Shown: positions 25,439 through 37,980 of the stretch, in pieces | How the letters are laid out: each line of letters starts with the position of its first letter | How positions within the stretch are numbered: the first letter of the stretch is position 1 | NCBI RefSeq assembly: GCF_963921235.1 | Contig: NC_086097.1 | Location: 46,812,001-46,876,000, forward strand | From: Mobula hypostoma | Taxonomy: Eukaryota | Direction of reading: 5' to 3' | DNA: 64,000 bases | Position numbers and translations under genes: made by a program | The notes under the pieces: model-generated | The model's database searches: none | Seen by the model: the letters and a program-made list of their open reading frames with translations, nothing else | What the model was told of the DNA's origin: nothing

Positions 25439-28143
25439 GAATTAGAGGTCAGGTTTCAGGTGGTGAGCAGTAGACAATTCGCATTCAATTGCTGCTGTGA
25501 CACCAAATTCATTTAAACTTAGAGGGCAGGCAAGGAGTGACAAGTTATATTGCCAGATTTTGTTCCTGGTTTGCAGGAGTAGTAGTCACTTTGACTGAAA
25601 ACTGGAAGGCAAGCAGGCATGAAAGAAGGCAGGTGCTACAGTAATTACAGAAAATGTCAGAAACACTGGGTCATCAGGAAGCATCTGTGGAAAGAAGCAG
25701 GGTTAATATTTCAGGTAATGGCCATTCATAAGAAACAGAAAGCGAGAAAACAAGTTAGTTTAGGCATAACAGAACATGTGGTTCCATGTTGGACCAAAAG
25801 GCAAAGTCCCAAGATTGAATTGCTTGTAGTCAGCTGTTGTTTAGAAGGTGGTTTTAAATCACCATTAAGATTGTCAAATGAAAGTATAGGAAATTGCTCT
25901 TTCCTCTAGAAAAGCTGAAGAAGCAGCTGAATGTGATGATTACTTATGATGACATTAGGAACTCCATGGTCAGCTGCTCTATAATAAACCGGTTTAATGA
26001 TTCATTTGGTCTGATCTTATCAAAAGTCCACTTGGGCTACCATTGAAAAGATTTAAACAATAAGTATTCAAGGAGATTTTAAAACTATGCTTCATTTGAC
26101 AGATGCCATTTTTATTGTGACCCCACTGAACGAGAGAATTATTAACTGTAGATTAGACTATGCAGCAACAGTTGATTCTCTTTGAAGTGGGATCATTTCT
26201 TGTTGTATGGGAAAAAAGTGCTGCAGGGAGGTGCTCCAGATAGGTGGAACTCTCACAGAGAAAACTTTTATCCCATTCATTTCTAAAACTTATGAACCTA
26301 AGGATCAGCATTCCTCCTTTTATACAACGCACTTTGCAACAAAGAACAATATCAAATTCTAGATGGTGTTGATGCGTATTGTCAGTTTATTATAGAAATC
26401 ACAATGCTAACAAGAAGGAATTCCGTAACCTATGCTTTTTTTAAGCACTTACTCCAAGTATTGTAGGGCAGAAAAACATCTAATTATCTGTCAGTAAAAA
26501 TACTAATTTATTGGCATTTACTGTCCTGCTGTTTAAAAAAATGTCTTGGGCAACCCTACTTCAAATTAAAGCTCTTAAATGATAGTTTCCTTTTTCTTTT
26601 CCAAAACATACTTACTTCCATTAACATATTGGAACATTTTGGAGCTGGAATTTCCATCTTTTAAAAGCTGCTTCTGATGGGTTGAAAAGTTTACTTCTCA
26701 GACAATCAGTCTGCACTTTTTGTTATTTAACTCAATTCAATAACATTTAGTTTAGGTACAGATATGTTTTAATAATTTGGATTATAGAGTTAGAGGCCTT
26801 CATATTGTGTTTTATGGCAAATTTCACAGTGTGTCATATACCGTGACAAACATCATTATCAAGTGCAGAAAGAACAATGCTACAACCACTCAGCAGATCA
26901 AGCAGCATTTGTGCAAAGAAATGAATTAAATGTTTCAGGTCTAGACACTTTGTCAGAATTGATACTGCTTTTATTTCATATTTCCAGTATCTGCAGTATT
27001 TTTTATAAATTTTCAGTGTTCTACTGCTTCTTGCGTGAACTGATCTGTGACTATTACGGAGAAAAGAATAGAAGATGTTTTTTAAAGGAACAAAATGTAC
27101 TCTCGTTATTTCATTCTGTACCAATGTGCTTTTTAGCGCTTAAGTAACTTTTAGCACTTTCAGAGAACATTCCATTGTCCAATATTGTAGCAGAAGCTGA
27201 ATGATTGTACTAAAATAATAGAGGAATATAAAATGAGCATGCTACAGATATGCATATCTCACTATCAGTCTTATCTATGCACTGTATTTTAAACATTGTT
27301 GTTAGCCACTTTCATTAACTGCACAAGAATTATATTTCAATATGAAGTCAACAAATGTGAACAATAAACTATTTGATGCTGAGTTTCATGTAAGTCTGAA
27401 GAATTTTCTTCATATTCAGCTTAAACGCCATTCAAGTTCATCATACAGTAATTTCTTTAAAATATTTATGTTTAGTATGTACTAAATGAAAATCTTTGCA
27501 TCATTTTATAATGTATGAAAAATGACACAGATATTGAAACACAGTATCTAATCTTGAACAATCTATTCTTAAGAATGTATTATTGGGCTGTTAATGTGTG
27601 ATATATGACCTTTTGGTTATATTGGGTTGATAAGGAGGATCGGCCTATCTGGGTAGATTTGGAATTCAAAGCTGTGAAACAGTTTTATTTAACCTCATTA
27701 TTGGGAGCTGCTTTGCCTATACAATTAGCTAAAGTTGCTAATTTAAACTTATACCCTGTGATTAAGCATTCTTTACAAACTTGGCTTCAGTTCCACAATA
27801 TTTTTAATCTTAAAAAATTTAAGCTTTGTAGTTTAATTTATCGAAACTACTTTTTTAAGCCTTCTTTGAGTGATCCAGTTTTTTACTTTGGAAAAATAAA
27901 GGTATTAATTCTTTTTTGGATTTATTTAAAGAAGGTAGACTGATGTCCTTTGATCAATTAGTTGATAAATATTCTCCTTCATACTCACACTTTTTACAAT
28001 ATCTCCAACTTCGACATTTCTTACAAAAATATTTAAGTAATTTTTCCTTACATATTGGATGCTGACCTGTTGGATACTATTATGAGTATGAACCCTTTGA
28101 TGAAGGGTTCCATTGGAAGAATTTATAATTCACTATTACAATG

Positions 28144-29023
28144 TGTTACGTACCCCGTAACTGGGTTGCCAAACCAGCAGAAATGGATCACTCAGTTGGA
28201 GTCTGGAGTACTAGAACTAAGAAAGTTTTATTAAAGAAACAAGCAACACAGTAATCGAAAGGATAATAAATGCAACAGTTCAGTGATGATAAACACACAT
28301 GTGCACAGAATTAAGATAACAGCATCAATCAAGCTCTATCGTTGTCTAGGGGTAAATGACCAATTTCAAAATGACTCAAAGTTCAGTCCAGTTTAGTAGT
28401 TCAGTTCGCAGTAATCGTTGCCATGGCGGTGGACAACGTGGGGGAAGAGAGAGATAGAATAGGAACAACTCATCATTCAGAACGGCTTCACTCACAGACC
28501 AGCAGGATGGCTCACAGACCAGCGAGATGGCTCAGAAACAGCTTTTGGGCGGGTCCTTGGTGATGTCACCTGAGGTCACCGACTGTGACCCCTCCTCCAG
28601 ATGCGGTCGATCCTCTGCAGTGAACCCGGCACCCAGGCAAGGGCGGACACACACCGGGTTCCCGCTGATCGTACCTTTCCACCCTGGTCGTTGTCTGGCA
28701 CTTCTCACCCACTCGTGAGAAGCGTACCGCTTCCAGGGTCTCGTTACCTCGGGTGGCGTGTGTGTCTGTCTTAGCGAACCTGTCCCTTTTTATCCCCCTG
28801 CTGGGGTATCGCCTGTCCATCACTTCAAACAGTTCAGGGTTCAAAGGGGGGAGCCGCTCCAGACAGCTCTTCCTCCCACATCCCTTCATTACACATCTCC
28901 AGACGCTGCTCCATTGTTCCTTATCTCTCCTTCCCCTGAGGGCAGGTGGCAGACCAACTGCTGATGCCACCGATGCTAGCCCAGGCCAGCAAACATCTTA
29001 ATTTTATGTGTATTCTCGTAACA
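28144..29023 (-). repeat. 3' LTR (880 bp)
   Basis: tgttacgtac...ctcgtaaca; near-identical to 32163-33042 (3 substitutions seen by eye). The adjacent cttcccccctttaagg is the PPT on the minus strand. Confidence 0.95.
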
Positions 29024-29195
29024 CTTCCCCCCTTTAAGGATTTTTACCGGGAGGTAAAAATTACAAACATGACTACATTATCTGATACATACACAATATA
29101 CATCTTTAACAGTTATTTAGCTAATACAGAGAATTTGAAGCTGTCAACACCTTGACAGACAGTCATCACATTTTCTGTTCCTTTTACACGTGTTA

Positions 29196-32065
29196 TTAAT
29201 AACTCCTTAGACCAGGCTCCAACTCAGCAAACTTCATAGTGGCCAAAAACACTGATGAATTGCGACCAATGTAACCTCTCATTTGGTTTTGTCCCGGACC
29301 ACAACAACAAGGGTCGTCCCATTCCGACTCAATTTTCCCTCGCAAGGGCTTAGTAGGAGGGGGACGGGTATTGACCGCAGAGTTATTGCAAAACTTCCTG
29401 CAGTACCCCACCATCTCCAAAAGCCTTCTGAGGGCCCTCTTGTCTGTCGGGGTTGGGAGGTCAGCGATAGCCTGCACTGTAGCTTGCATCACTGCCAGCT
29501 GCCCCTGTGTCACCACAATTCCCAGGTAAGTGACATTCGCGTGGCCGAATTCATTTTTTCCAAGGTTCACTATCAAGCTGGCTTCAGACAGCCGTGTTAA
29601 ATTGCCAATACACACCTCTGTGTTCATCAGCCCTTTAGTCACTGAATTACTCAAAAAATATGGGTGTTGTTTACTTGGCCGCCCTATTGTAACCGACATA
29701 ACCCAACGTCCCAGTTCTTTGCATTTCCTCGGGACAATCAAACACATGGGTGCGAGTCGTTTAATTACTCCTTCGGGGATTAAGGGAGAGACCTTATCAG
29801 TAGACCTGGCCAAAACAATAGCCTTCTCCCATCTGACCGATCCCATCCTAATCTTTTCAAAATGGTTTTTTCCTCTTATCAAGGGGCCCTTAGCTTCATT
29901 GATTTCCACGCTAACACCGACTAGGTTTGTTAGCATATCAAAAGCCGGTGACCGTCTCAGTTCGCGTCGGTCATGATCAATAACATTTTTCCCCCTGGGC
30001 AGCCGGTAACTCTCTTTCATGATTCCACCAACTGTTTCCTCCAGCACCGCAAAATGTCCACCGGGGGGGTACCTCGTGGGCCATGTTAAAAACCTCATCC
30101 CCATAACTCTTTTGCACCACCCCCCACTCCTCATCTGCGGATGCTGTACTTGATTTCCCTTTCTTCCTTAGCACTTCCTCCTCCGCACAATAGCTTGTCA
30201 AGGCTGTGTCAGAGAGGGCTGTCTCGGCAAAAACCATCAGCCCCTCGTCTCGCTCCTGCGTCTGCACAAATTCTTTCCTGGCTACTGCTACGTCCGTCCC
30301 AGCTCCCTCACTACCTCTTATCTCACTACACCCTGTCTCATACAAGGTTGGCAGAAATGTTTCAGCCAAATTCACCATCGCGGGCGGGGCCTCCATGCTG
30401 GCAGGCTGACCCGTCAATCTCACGACTGGGAACACGATTCCTCCGGCGATGTCATTACCGAGCAAGACTTCCACGTCTTTCATCGGTAATTCGGACCTCA
30501 CCCCAATCGTGACTAGTCCAGAGACCAGGTTGCTCTGTAAATGTATCTGGTGCAAAGGGACTGACTCTGTCCCTTCCCCAACACCTTTGACCTCTACCTC
30601 CCCAGTCTGGGTCTCTGAGCTAAACTCTAATACACTCTTCAGTATTAGTGACTGACACGCTCCCGTGTCTCTCCAGATCCGCACTGGAACTGGTTTTAAC
30701 CTCTCCTTCACTGACACCAGTCCGGCCGAGATAAACCTCTCGCGCCCTTCCTGGACTTTTTCAGACCTGTCCTTCCCTAGCGGTTCGCTTAACAGCTCAA
30801 TACAGCCATTCAAAATTTCCGCTTTTCCTTTCCCCGTCTCCTTCCTTGGGGCAAAGCACCTGGACGCAAAGTGTCCGACTTTCCCACAATTATAACAGAC
30901 GACTCCAGGAGACTTCCTACCAGACTGCTCCCGGTCTACCTTATCCTTTTCACTAGTCCCCGGCTTACTTTCTGACTTTTCCGGTGGACTCCCCCCGCCG
31001 TCCTGACTACCCTTCTGGTAGCCTTTACTCGGGGCAACCTTCATTTTATGCGTCAACGCATACTCATCCGCTAACTTAGCAGTTGCGGCTAACGTGGCTG
31101 CCTCTTTCTCATCGAGGTAGGGTCTCATACCCTCAGGGACACAACCTTTAAACTGCTCAATCAGAACCAGTTGCAGCAGTCTGTCGTAATCCCCCTCTAC
31201 CCCTTTCGAGGCGCACCAACGCTCACAATATGTTTGCATCTCACGAGCAAACTCCAAATACGTGCGGTCCCACCGCTTCCTCGCATTCCGGAACCTCTGC
31301 CGGTATGCCTCCGGGACCAACTCATAAGTCCTGAGGATGGCCTCCTTCACCACCTCATACTTCTGGGCATCTTCCGGGGATAAAGCGGAGTAAGCTTGTT
31401 GGGCTTTCCCTTTCAGTACACTCTGAAGTAAGACAACCCACTTATCCCTCGGCCCATTCCTGACTTATAGCTAGTTTTTCGAAGTGGAGAAAGTACCGAT
31501 CCACATCGGTATCGTCAAATGGGGGAACCAGCCTAACCTCCTGGGTCGCCCGGAACCCTCCACCTTGGTTCGGCACGAGCCCCTGCTCGGCCCTTATCTT
31601 TAACTTCTCCAGCTCAAATTCCCTTTCCCTCTGTTTCTCCTCTCTCTCCAACTGTCTGTCCCTCTCTCTCTCTTCTCTCTCCAACTGTCTGTCCCTCTCC
31701 TGCCTTTCTAACTCTCTCTCTTTCTCCTGCCTTTCTAACTCTCTCTCTTTCTCCTGCCTTTCTAACTGCTTCTCTTCGTGTTCTAACTGCCGTACCCGGA
31801 ACTCGTGCTCGAGTCTCAGTTTTTCAAGCTGTACCTGTACCGCGTCTCCAGCAGGTTTTTCAATAGACACCACCCCCAGCTCACCTTGGGGAAACACACC
31901 TTTAGATACATAGTGCTCTACAATAGCTCTGTGTATCTCCTCTCTCCTCATTGTCGACTTCACCTTAGCAAGATTCACCCGTTTTGCCACAGCTATCAAT
32001 TCCGATTTCCTGGCATCCTCTAATGCCTCCAAGGTCGGCGCCTTTATAAATTCCTCAACCTCCAT
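29196..32065 (-). pseudogene. Gag(SCAN-like, CCHC)-protease-deleted pol polyprotein, broken by two 1-bp homopolymer insertions
   Basis: MEVEEFIKAP...LVPPFDDTDVDRYFLHFEK; YELVPEAYRQRFR..EQF..LADEY; CYNCGKVGHFASRC; RDTGACQS; AHEVP/PGGHF; VTYLG..LPTPTDKRALRRLLEMVGYCRKF. Frameshifts at ~31454 and ~30066. Confidence 0.85.
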
Positions 32066-32139
32066 TTCTGCTGTGTCTTTTCTTTCTTTCGGGAATTTTA
32101 ACCCAATCAATTTACTCCGTCCCAAATTTAGCGTTCAAA

Positions 32140-32158
32140 ATCGCGGACGAGAACCCCA
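32140..32158 (-). promoter_or_regulatory. Primer-binding site, tRNA-Pro-like
   Basis: Minus strand TGGGGTTCTCGTCCGCGAT, 4 nt after the LTR, versus the canonical Pro PBS TGGGGGCTCGTCCGGGAT (imperfect match). Confidence 0.7.
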
Positions 32159-32162
32159 CTTA

Positions 32163-33042
32163 TGTTACGTACCCCGTAACTGGGTTGCCAAACCAGCAGA
32201 AATGGATCACTCAGTTGGAGTCTGGAGTACTAGAACTAAGAAAGTTTTATTAAAGAAACAAGCAACACAGTAATCGAAAGGATAATAAATGCAACAGTTC
32301 AGTGATGTTAAACACACATGTGCACAGAATTAAGATAACAGCATCAATCAAGCTCTATCGTTGTCTAGGGGTAAATGACCAATTTCAAAATGACTCAAAG
32401 TTCAGTCCAGTTTAGTAGTTCAGTTCGCAGTAATCGTTGCCATGGCGGTGGACAACGTGGGGGAAGAGAGAGATAGAATAGGAACAACTCATCATTCAGA
32501 ACGGCTTCACTCACAGACCAGCAAGATGGCTCACAGACCAGCGAGATGGCTCAGAAACAGCTTTTGGGCGGGTCCTTGGTGATGTCACCTGAGGTCACCG
32601 ACTGTGACCCCTCCTCCAGATGCGGTCGATCCTCTGCAGTGAACCCGGCACCCAGGCAAGGGCGGACACACACCGGGTTCCCGCTGATCGTACCTTTCCA
32701 CCCTGGTCGTTGTCTGGCACTTCTCACCCACTCGTGAGAAGCGCACCGCTTCCAGGGTCTCGTTACCTCGGGTGGCGTGTGTGTCTGTCTTAGCGAACCT
32801 GTCCCTTTTTATCCCCCTGCTGGGGTATCGCCTGTCCATCACTTCAAACAGTTCAGGGTTCAAAGGGGGGAGCCGCTCCAGACAGCTCTTCCTCCCACAT
32901 CCCTTCATTACACATCTCCAGACGCTGCTCCATTGTTCCTTATCTCTCCTTCCCCTGAGGGCAGGTGGCAGACCAACTGCTGATGCCACCGATGCTAGCC
33001 CAGGCCAGCAAACATCTTAATTTTATGTGTATTCTCGTAACA
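32163..33042 (-). repeat. 5' LTR (880 bp)
   Basis: Same sequence as 28144-29023; followed on the minus strand by the PBS. Confidence 0.95.
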
Positions 33043-34789
33043 AATGGAATAAGCGTCCTTTATTTAAGATTAAACAAGATTGGCAAAAGGAACTCAATTT
33101 GACTTTTACGAAGGAAGATTGGATGCGGATTCTGAAGCTAGTTAACTCTTCTTCAATCTGTGCTAGTCATTCACTAATTCAATTTAAAATTGTACATCTT
33201 TACCATTTGACGAGGAGGGTTTGTCTAAAATATTCCCTAATGTTGATAGTTATTGTGATAGTTGTAAAACTGAGACAGCTACACTGACACACATGTTTTG
33301 GTCTTGTTTTATACTGGAACAGTTCTGGAAGTCAGCTTTTTCGACAATTTCTAAAGCACTTAAAATTAATTTGCAACGTAACAAATTAGCTGTGCTTTTT
33401 GGAATAATTCCTCAAAATATCCATGGTATCTGTGTCTGACCAACATGTTATTGCATTTGTTACATTGATAGCTAAGAGGGCCATTTTGTTGAAGTGGAAG
33501 GATACAACGGCTCCCACTTTGCCACAATGGTTCTTTCAAGTGATGCTATGTCATAGTTTGGAGAAAATTAGAAGTCGAACCTTTGAACCTATGTTTGATA
33601 TTGAGAAAAGATGGGGTTCATTTACTTGTTATTATCATTTGAGTTAATTGATGGATTCTCCACAATCTAGTTGTAAATTTTTTGGTACTTTTTTTTGCTG
33701 GCGGTTTGATGTTTGTCTTTAGAAGCTTTATGTATGATGCATGGCTCTGGGGTTGAACACCTAATGGTTTTTTTTTCTCTTTTCCCCACTTTTCTTGCTT
33801 AGTAGAGTTTTTTTCATCACAAATTTTTTCAATCTTTATATAATGTTTTTTTTCTTGAGACATTGTAAGTGTTCACTTTGATGTACTCGTGTTTATTTTG
33901 GATAAAAATAATAAAAAGATTTGAAAAGAAAAGGAATTGTAGGCATGCTATGTGGGCGCCAAAAGCATGGTGACACTTTCAAGCTGCCTGAGCACATCCT
34001 CAGACAGTGTTGGTTGTTGATGCAAATGACACTTTTCACTGGATGTTTCGATATATATTTGATAAATAAGACTAATCCTTATCTTTAGTGAATAACAATG
34101 CCATGTGAAGATATGTGAACTAATTTTGCAGGTTTGTAGAAATAAAGTTATTTACAGCACTCAAAGAGACAATGGTGTCATACCAGCAGGAGGAGCTATT
34201 CATTCTTGGAGCTTGACCTCAGTGGTTAAAGCAAGATGTGAGAATTTTTCAATAAGTATATTGGAAGGATAGAAATAGACAGTGAAGTTACATACAAAAT
34301 AAAGCCAAATATCTATACGTTAAAATCAAACATACTTGAGTTCCTAGTGTCATTTAAGAAAAGAAGAGAGAAATGACCAAATAATTTTGCCCCGGCACTA
34401 CCAGAAAATTTAAGGTCTAGGTTTGCGGATCAGAGCTGATAACCTACAATGCACTGAAAGATTGCTGCAACATTGCAACTTCAGAACATTTCTGCAGTAC
34501 CATTCCATGTTAAGTTTCTAATGTATCTGATGTACAATTCCACGAATGAGTGAACTATAGTAGGAAGTCTAAAATCAAATCCAAGTCATATGCAAAATGC
34601 AAGCCCAGTGGGAACCAGTTATCCATTGTTATGGGGATCATTTGGACATGCATGTCTGTTCAAAGTGTTTCAATTGCTCTGCAAAGGTGAAGAGAACACA
34701 GCAAACAATGGCAGACAAGCAATGGGAATAGCACAGAAGAAAGGTTTACACCACATTGGGATGAGCAAACAAAGTAAGGAGAATTTAGA

Positions 34790-35400
34790 GCAATTTCAGA
34801 ATTAAAGTAAAAATTAAAAACTAACACATTGACATAGATATTGACATAGCTTGCCTTTATTAGTTGAGGAATTGAGTTCAAGAGTCAGGAAGTTATGCTG
34901 CAGCTTTGTAAAACTCTAGTTAGGCCACTTCTGGAGTATTGAATTCAATTCTGGCTCCTCATTAAAGGAAGAGTGCCAAAGCTTGAGGGAGGGTGTAGTT
35001 GAGTTTATAATGATGCTGTCTAGATTAGAAGATGTGCGAGAAGGGGACGCTAAGCATATTCGGGTTGTTTTCTCTGGAGTGGCAGAGGTTGAGAGGAGGT
35101 CTGATTGAGATATATAAGATTATGAGAGACGTAGATAGACAGCCAATATCTTTTTCCCAGGGTTGAAATTTCTAATATCAGAGGGCATGCATTTAAGGTG
35201 AGAGGGACAAAATTTCAAGGAGATGTGCAGGGAAGTGTTTTTACACAGAGAGTAGTGGGTGCTTATACTGCCTGTGTGGATGTAGAAGTTAATATGATTG
35301 AGGTATTCAAGAGGTTCTTAGATGGGCACATAACTGTGCAGGAAATAGAAGGATATGGACATTGTGAAAAGGAGTTCCAAATCAAGGCTTATAGTTCCTG
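34790..35400 (+). mobile_element. CR1 3' fragment
   Basis: LCKTLVRPLLEY-like gttaggccacttctggagtatt; FTQRVVGA motif. Boundaries approximate. Confidence 0.75.
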
Positions 35401-36111
35401 CCTAATTGCCCTCATGATTTGCCCTACTCCAGTTTAAGACTCTCCCACAAGAACTATTCCTATCCTTATCCGTAGTTATCCTGAAAGTTAAGGAGTTGTG
35501 TCACTATTCCTTAATTTCACCTACTGAAAGGTCAGTCACATGGCCAGGCTCATTACTCAACACCAGGTCCAATACTGCCCCTCCTCCTCTTGGACTGTCC
35601 ACATATTGATTTAAGAAACCTTGCTGGATCCACTTAACAAATTCTGCCTCATCTAAACTAAATAGGTCCCAGTTTATATTAGTGGTTGAAATTCCCCCAG
35701 GACAACAACACTATTATTTTACACATTTCCTTAATCTGAATACATATCTGTTCCTCAATGTACTGGTGGCTATTAGAGGTCCTACAGTACAATTCCATCA
35801 GTGCGATTGCAACACTCCTATTCCGAAGTCCCATCGAATGGACTCGGTGTCCAACCCCTCCATTATGCTTCCCCTGAATGCAGCTGAGCTATTGTCCTTA
35901 ATATGAGACATAAAGTAGCAATCAAACTTTCCAACCATCTATTCTATTAATTGTTATCAATTTTTAATCAAAAAATATGAAATGAAACAAATGCTGGAAA
36001 CACCCAGTATGTCTGGCAGACTGGCCTAACTTCAGACTATTGTTTCACTTGCACCAATTTCAGACCTGAAATGATTAGCATTTTCAAAGCAAAAGCTTCA
36101 GGTTTAGGGTT

Positions 36112-37980
36112 CATAAGAACATAAGACATAGGAGCAGAATTAGGCCATATGGCCTATGGAGTCTTCTCTTCCATTTAATCATGGCTGATTCTTTTCCCCC
36201 TCCTCAGCCCTAATCCCTGGCCTTCTCCCCATAACCTTTGATGCTGTGGCCAATCAAGAACCAATCAATCTCTGCCTTAACTACACCTAATGACCTAACC
36301 TCCACAACAGCCTGTAGTAATAAATTCACAAGTTCACAATCCTCTGCAAATTTCTCTGCATCTCTGTTTTAAATGGACATCCCTCTATCCTGAGGTTGTG
36401 ACTTCTTGTCCTAGACTCCCCCAACATGGGAAATATCCTTTCCATATCTACTCTGTCTAGACCTTGCAACATTCAAAAGGTTCAATGAGTACCCCCCCCC
36501 CCCACCTGCCAATTCTTCTAAATTCCAGCCAGTACAGGACCAGAGCCATCAATGTTCCTCATATGATAACCCTTTAATTCCTGGTATCATCCTTGTGAAC
36601 CTCCTCTGAACCCTCTCCAATGCCAGCACATCTCTTCTTAGATAAGGAGCCCAAAACTGTTCACAATACTCGAGGTAATGCCTCACCAGTGCCTTATATA
36701 GCCTCAGTATCACATCCCTACTCTTATATCTAGACCTCTTGAAATGAATGCTAACATTGCACTTCCCTTCCTCACCAGCAACTCAACCCGCAAGTTAACC
36801 CTTTGCGTCTCAGATTTTTGGATTTTCTTCTCGTTTAAAAAATAGCCTGCACATTTATTTCTTCTACCAAAGTGCATGACCATACATTTTCCAACATTGT
36901 ATTTCAATAGGCACTTCTTTGCCCATTCTCCTAATCTCTTAAATCCTTCTGCAGCCTTCCTATTTCCTTACCACCACCCACCCCTCCACCAATCTTCTTT
37001 TATTATCTGCAAACTTGGCAACAAAGCCATCTACTTCATCCAAATCATTGATATACAGCAGAAAAAGAAGCGTCCTAACACTGACCCCTGCAGAACATCA
37101 CTAGTCACCGGCAACCAACCAGAAATGTATCCTTTTAGTTTTACTTGCTGCCTCCTACCAATCAGCCAACGCTCTAACCATGCTAGTAACTTTCCCGTAA
37201 TACTATGGGCTCTTAACTTGATAATCTTACGCTCTGTGCATTGAGATATAACACTCTGAGTGCTGTATTTGCTACCCTTTTTGATTCTGCATCCATAATG
37301 CACTGACACTCACCCTGCTGGCTGCAATTTTGTCCTATCATCTACGTGCCCTTCCTGACAATCTGACTGCAGGCTATCTTTGCTTCTTTACCAACCGTCC
37401 TACCTTGAGTCCCTTCACTCCGGTTTTCATCCCCCTGCCAAATTAGTTTAAACCCTCCCCAACTGCTCTGATAAACCTGCCCGTGAGACTATTGGTCCCC
37501 CTCAGGTTCAGGTGCAACCCGTCACTTTTGAACAGGTAATACCTCCCCCAGAAGAGATCCCAATGATCCAAGAATCTGAAGCCTACCCCCTACACCAGCT
37601 TCTCAGCCATACATTTATCTGCCAAATTATCCTGTTTCTACCCTCACTGACACGTGGCAAAGGTAGAAAACCATAAATTACTACCCTGGAGGTCCTGCTT
37701 CTCAGCTTTCTGCCTAGCTCTCCTAATTCTCTTTTCAGGACCTCATTTCTTTTCCTTCATCAGTCATTGGTACCAATATGTACCAATACATCTGGCTGCT
37801 CTCCCTCCCTCTCTAAAATGCTGTGGACACAATCCCAGACATCCCTGACCCTGGCACCTGGGAGATAACATACCGTCCAGGTATCTCAATCATGTCCACA
37901 GAATCTCCTGTCTATTCTTCTGATTATTGAATCCCTTATCACTACCACTCCCCTCTTCTCCCTCTTTCCCTTCTGCATCC
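36112..37980 (-). mobile_element. Internally deleted CR1 (ORF1 esterase, EN start, RT end, 3' tail)
   Basis: Tail cataagaacataagacatag; KLRAHSITGKLLAWLERWL..RQQV..VLQGSVLG and KYNVGKCMVMHFGRRN; esterase-like region at 37440-37930. Confidence 0.82.

Larger units (their letters stand above)
28144..33042 (-). mobile_element. Gmr1-like Ty3/Gypsy LTR retrotransposon, internally deleted (non-autonomous), 4899 bp
   Basis: Two 880-bp TG..CA LTRs with a 4-bp TSD AATG (28140-28143, 33043-33046). tRNA-Pro-like PBS and PPT present. Gag has a SCAN-like domain and CCHC; protease RDTGA; integrase Zn remnant lies upstream of the RT remnant. Confidence 0.92.
27565..33935 (+). mobile_element. L1-clade LINE 3' fragment split by the Gypsy insertion (27565-28143 + 33043-33935)
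   Basis: YYWA, IKHSLQTW and FLQYLQLRHF before the LTR; KIKQDWQKEL, HSLIQFKIVH, CDSCKTETATLTHMFWSC and AKRAILLKWK after it. Ends aataaaaagatttgaaaagaaaa. Removing the LTR element restores ttacaatggaataag (LQWNK). Confidence 0.85.

Noticed and set aside
28566..28970. 134-aa ORF duplicated at 32585-32989
   Set aside because: It lies inside the two LTRs, so the duplication is explained, and it has no recognisable domain.
29977..31353. Host SCAN-domain zinc-finger gene
   Set aside because: The SCAN-like segment is part of a Gag between LTRs, followed by a CCHC knuckle and protease, with no C2H2 array.
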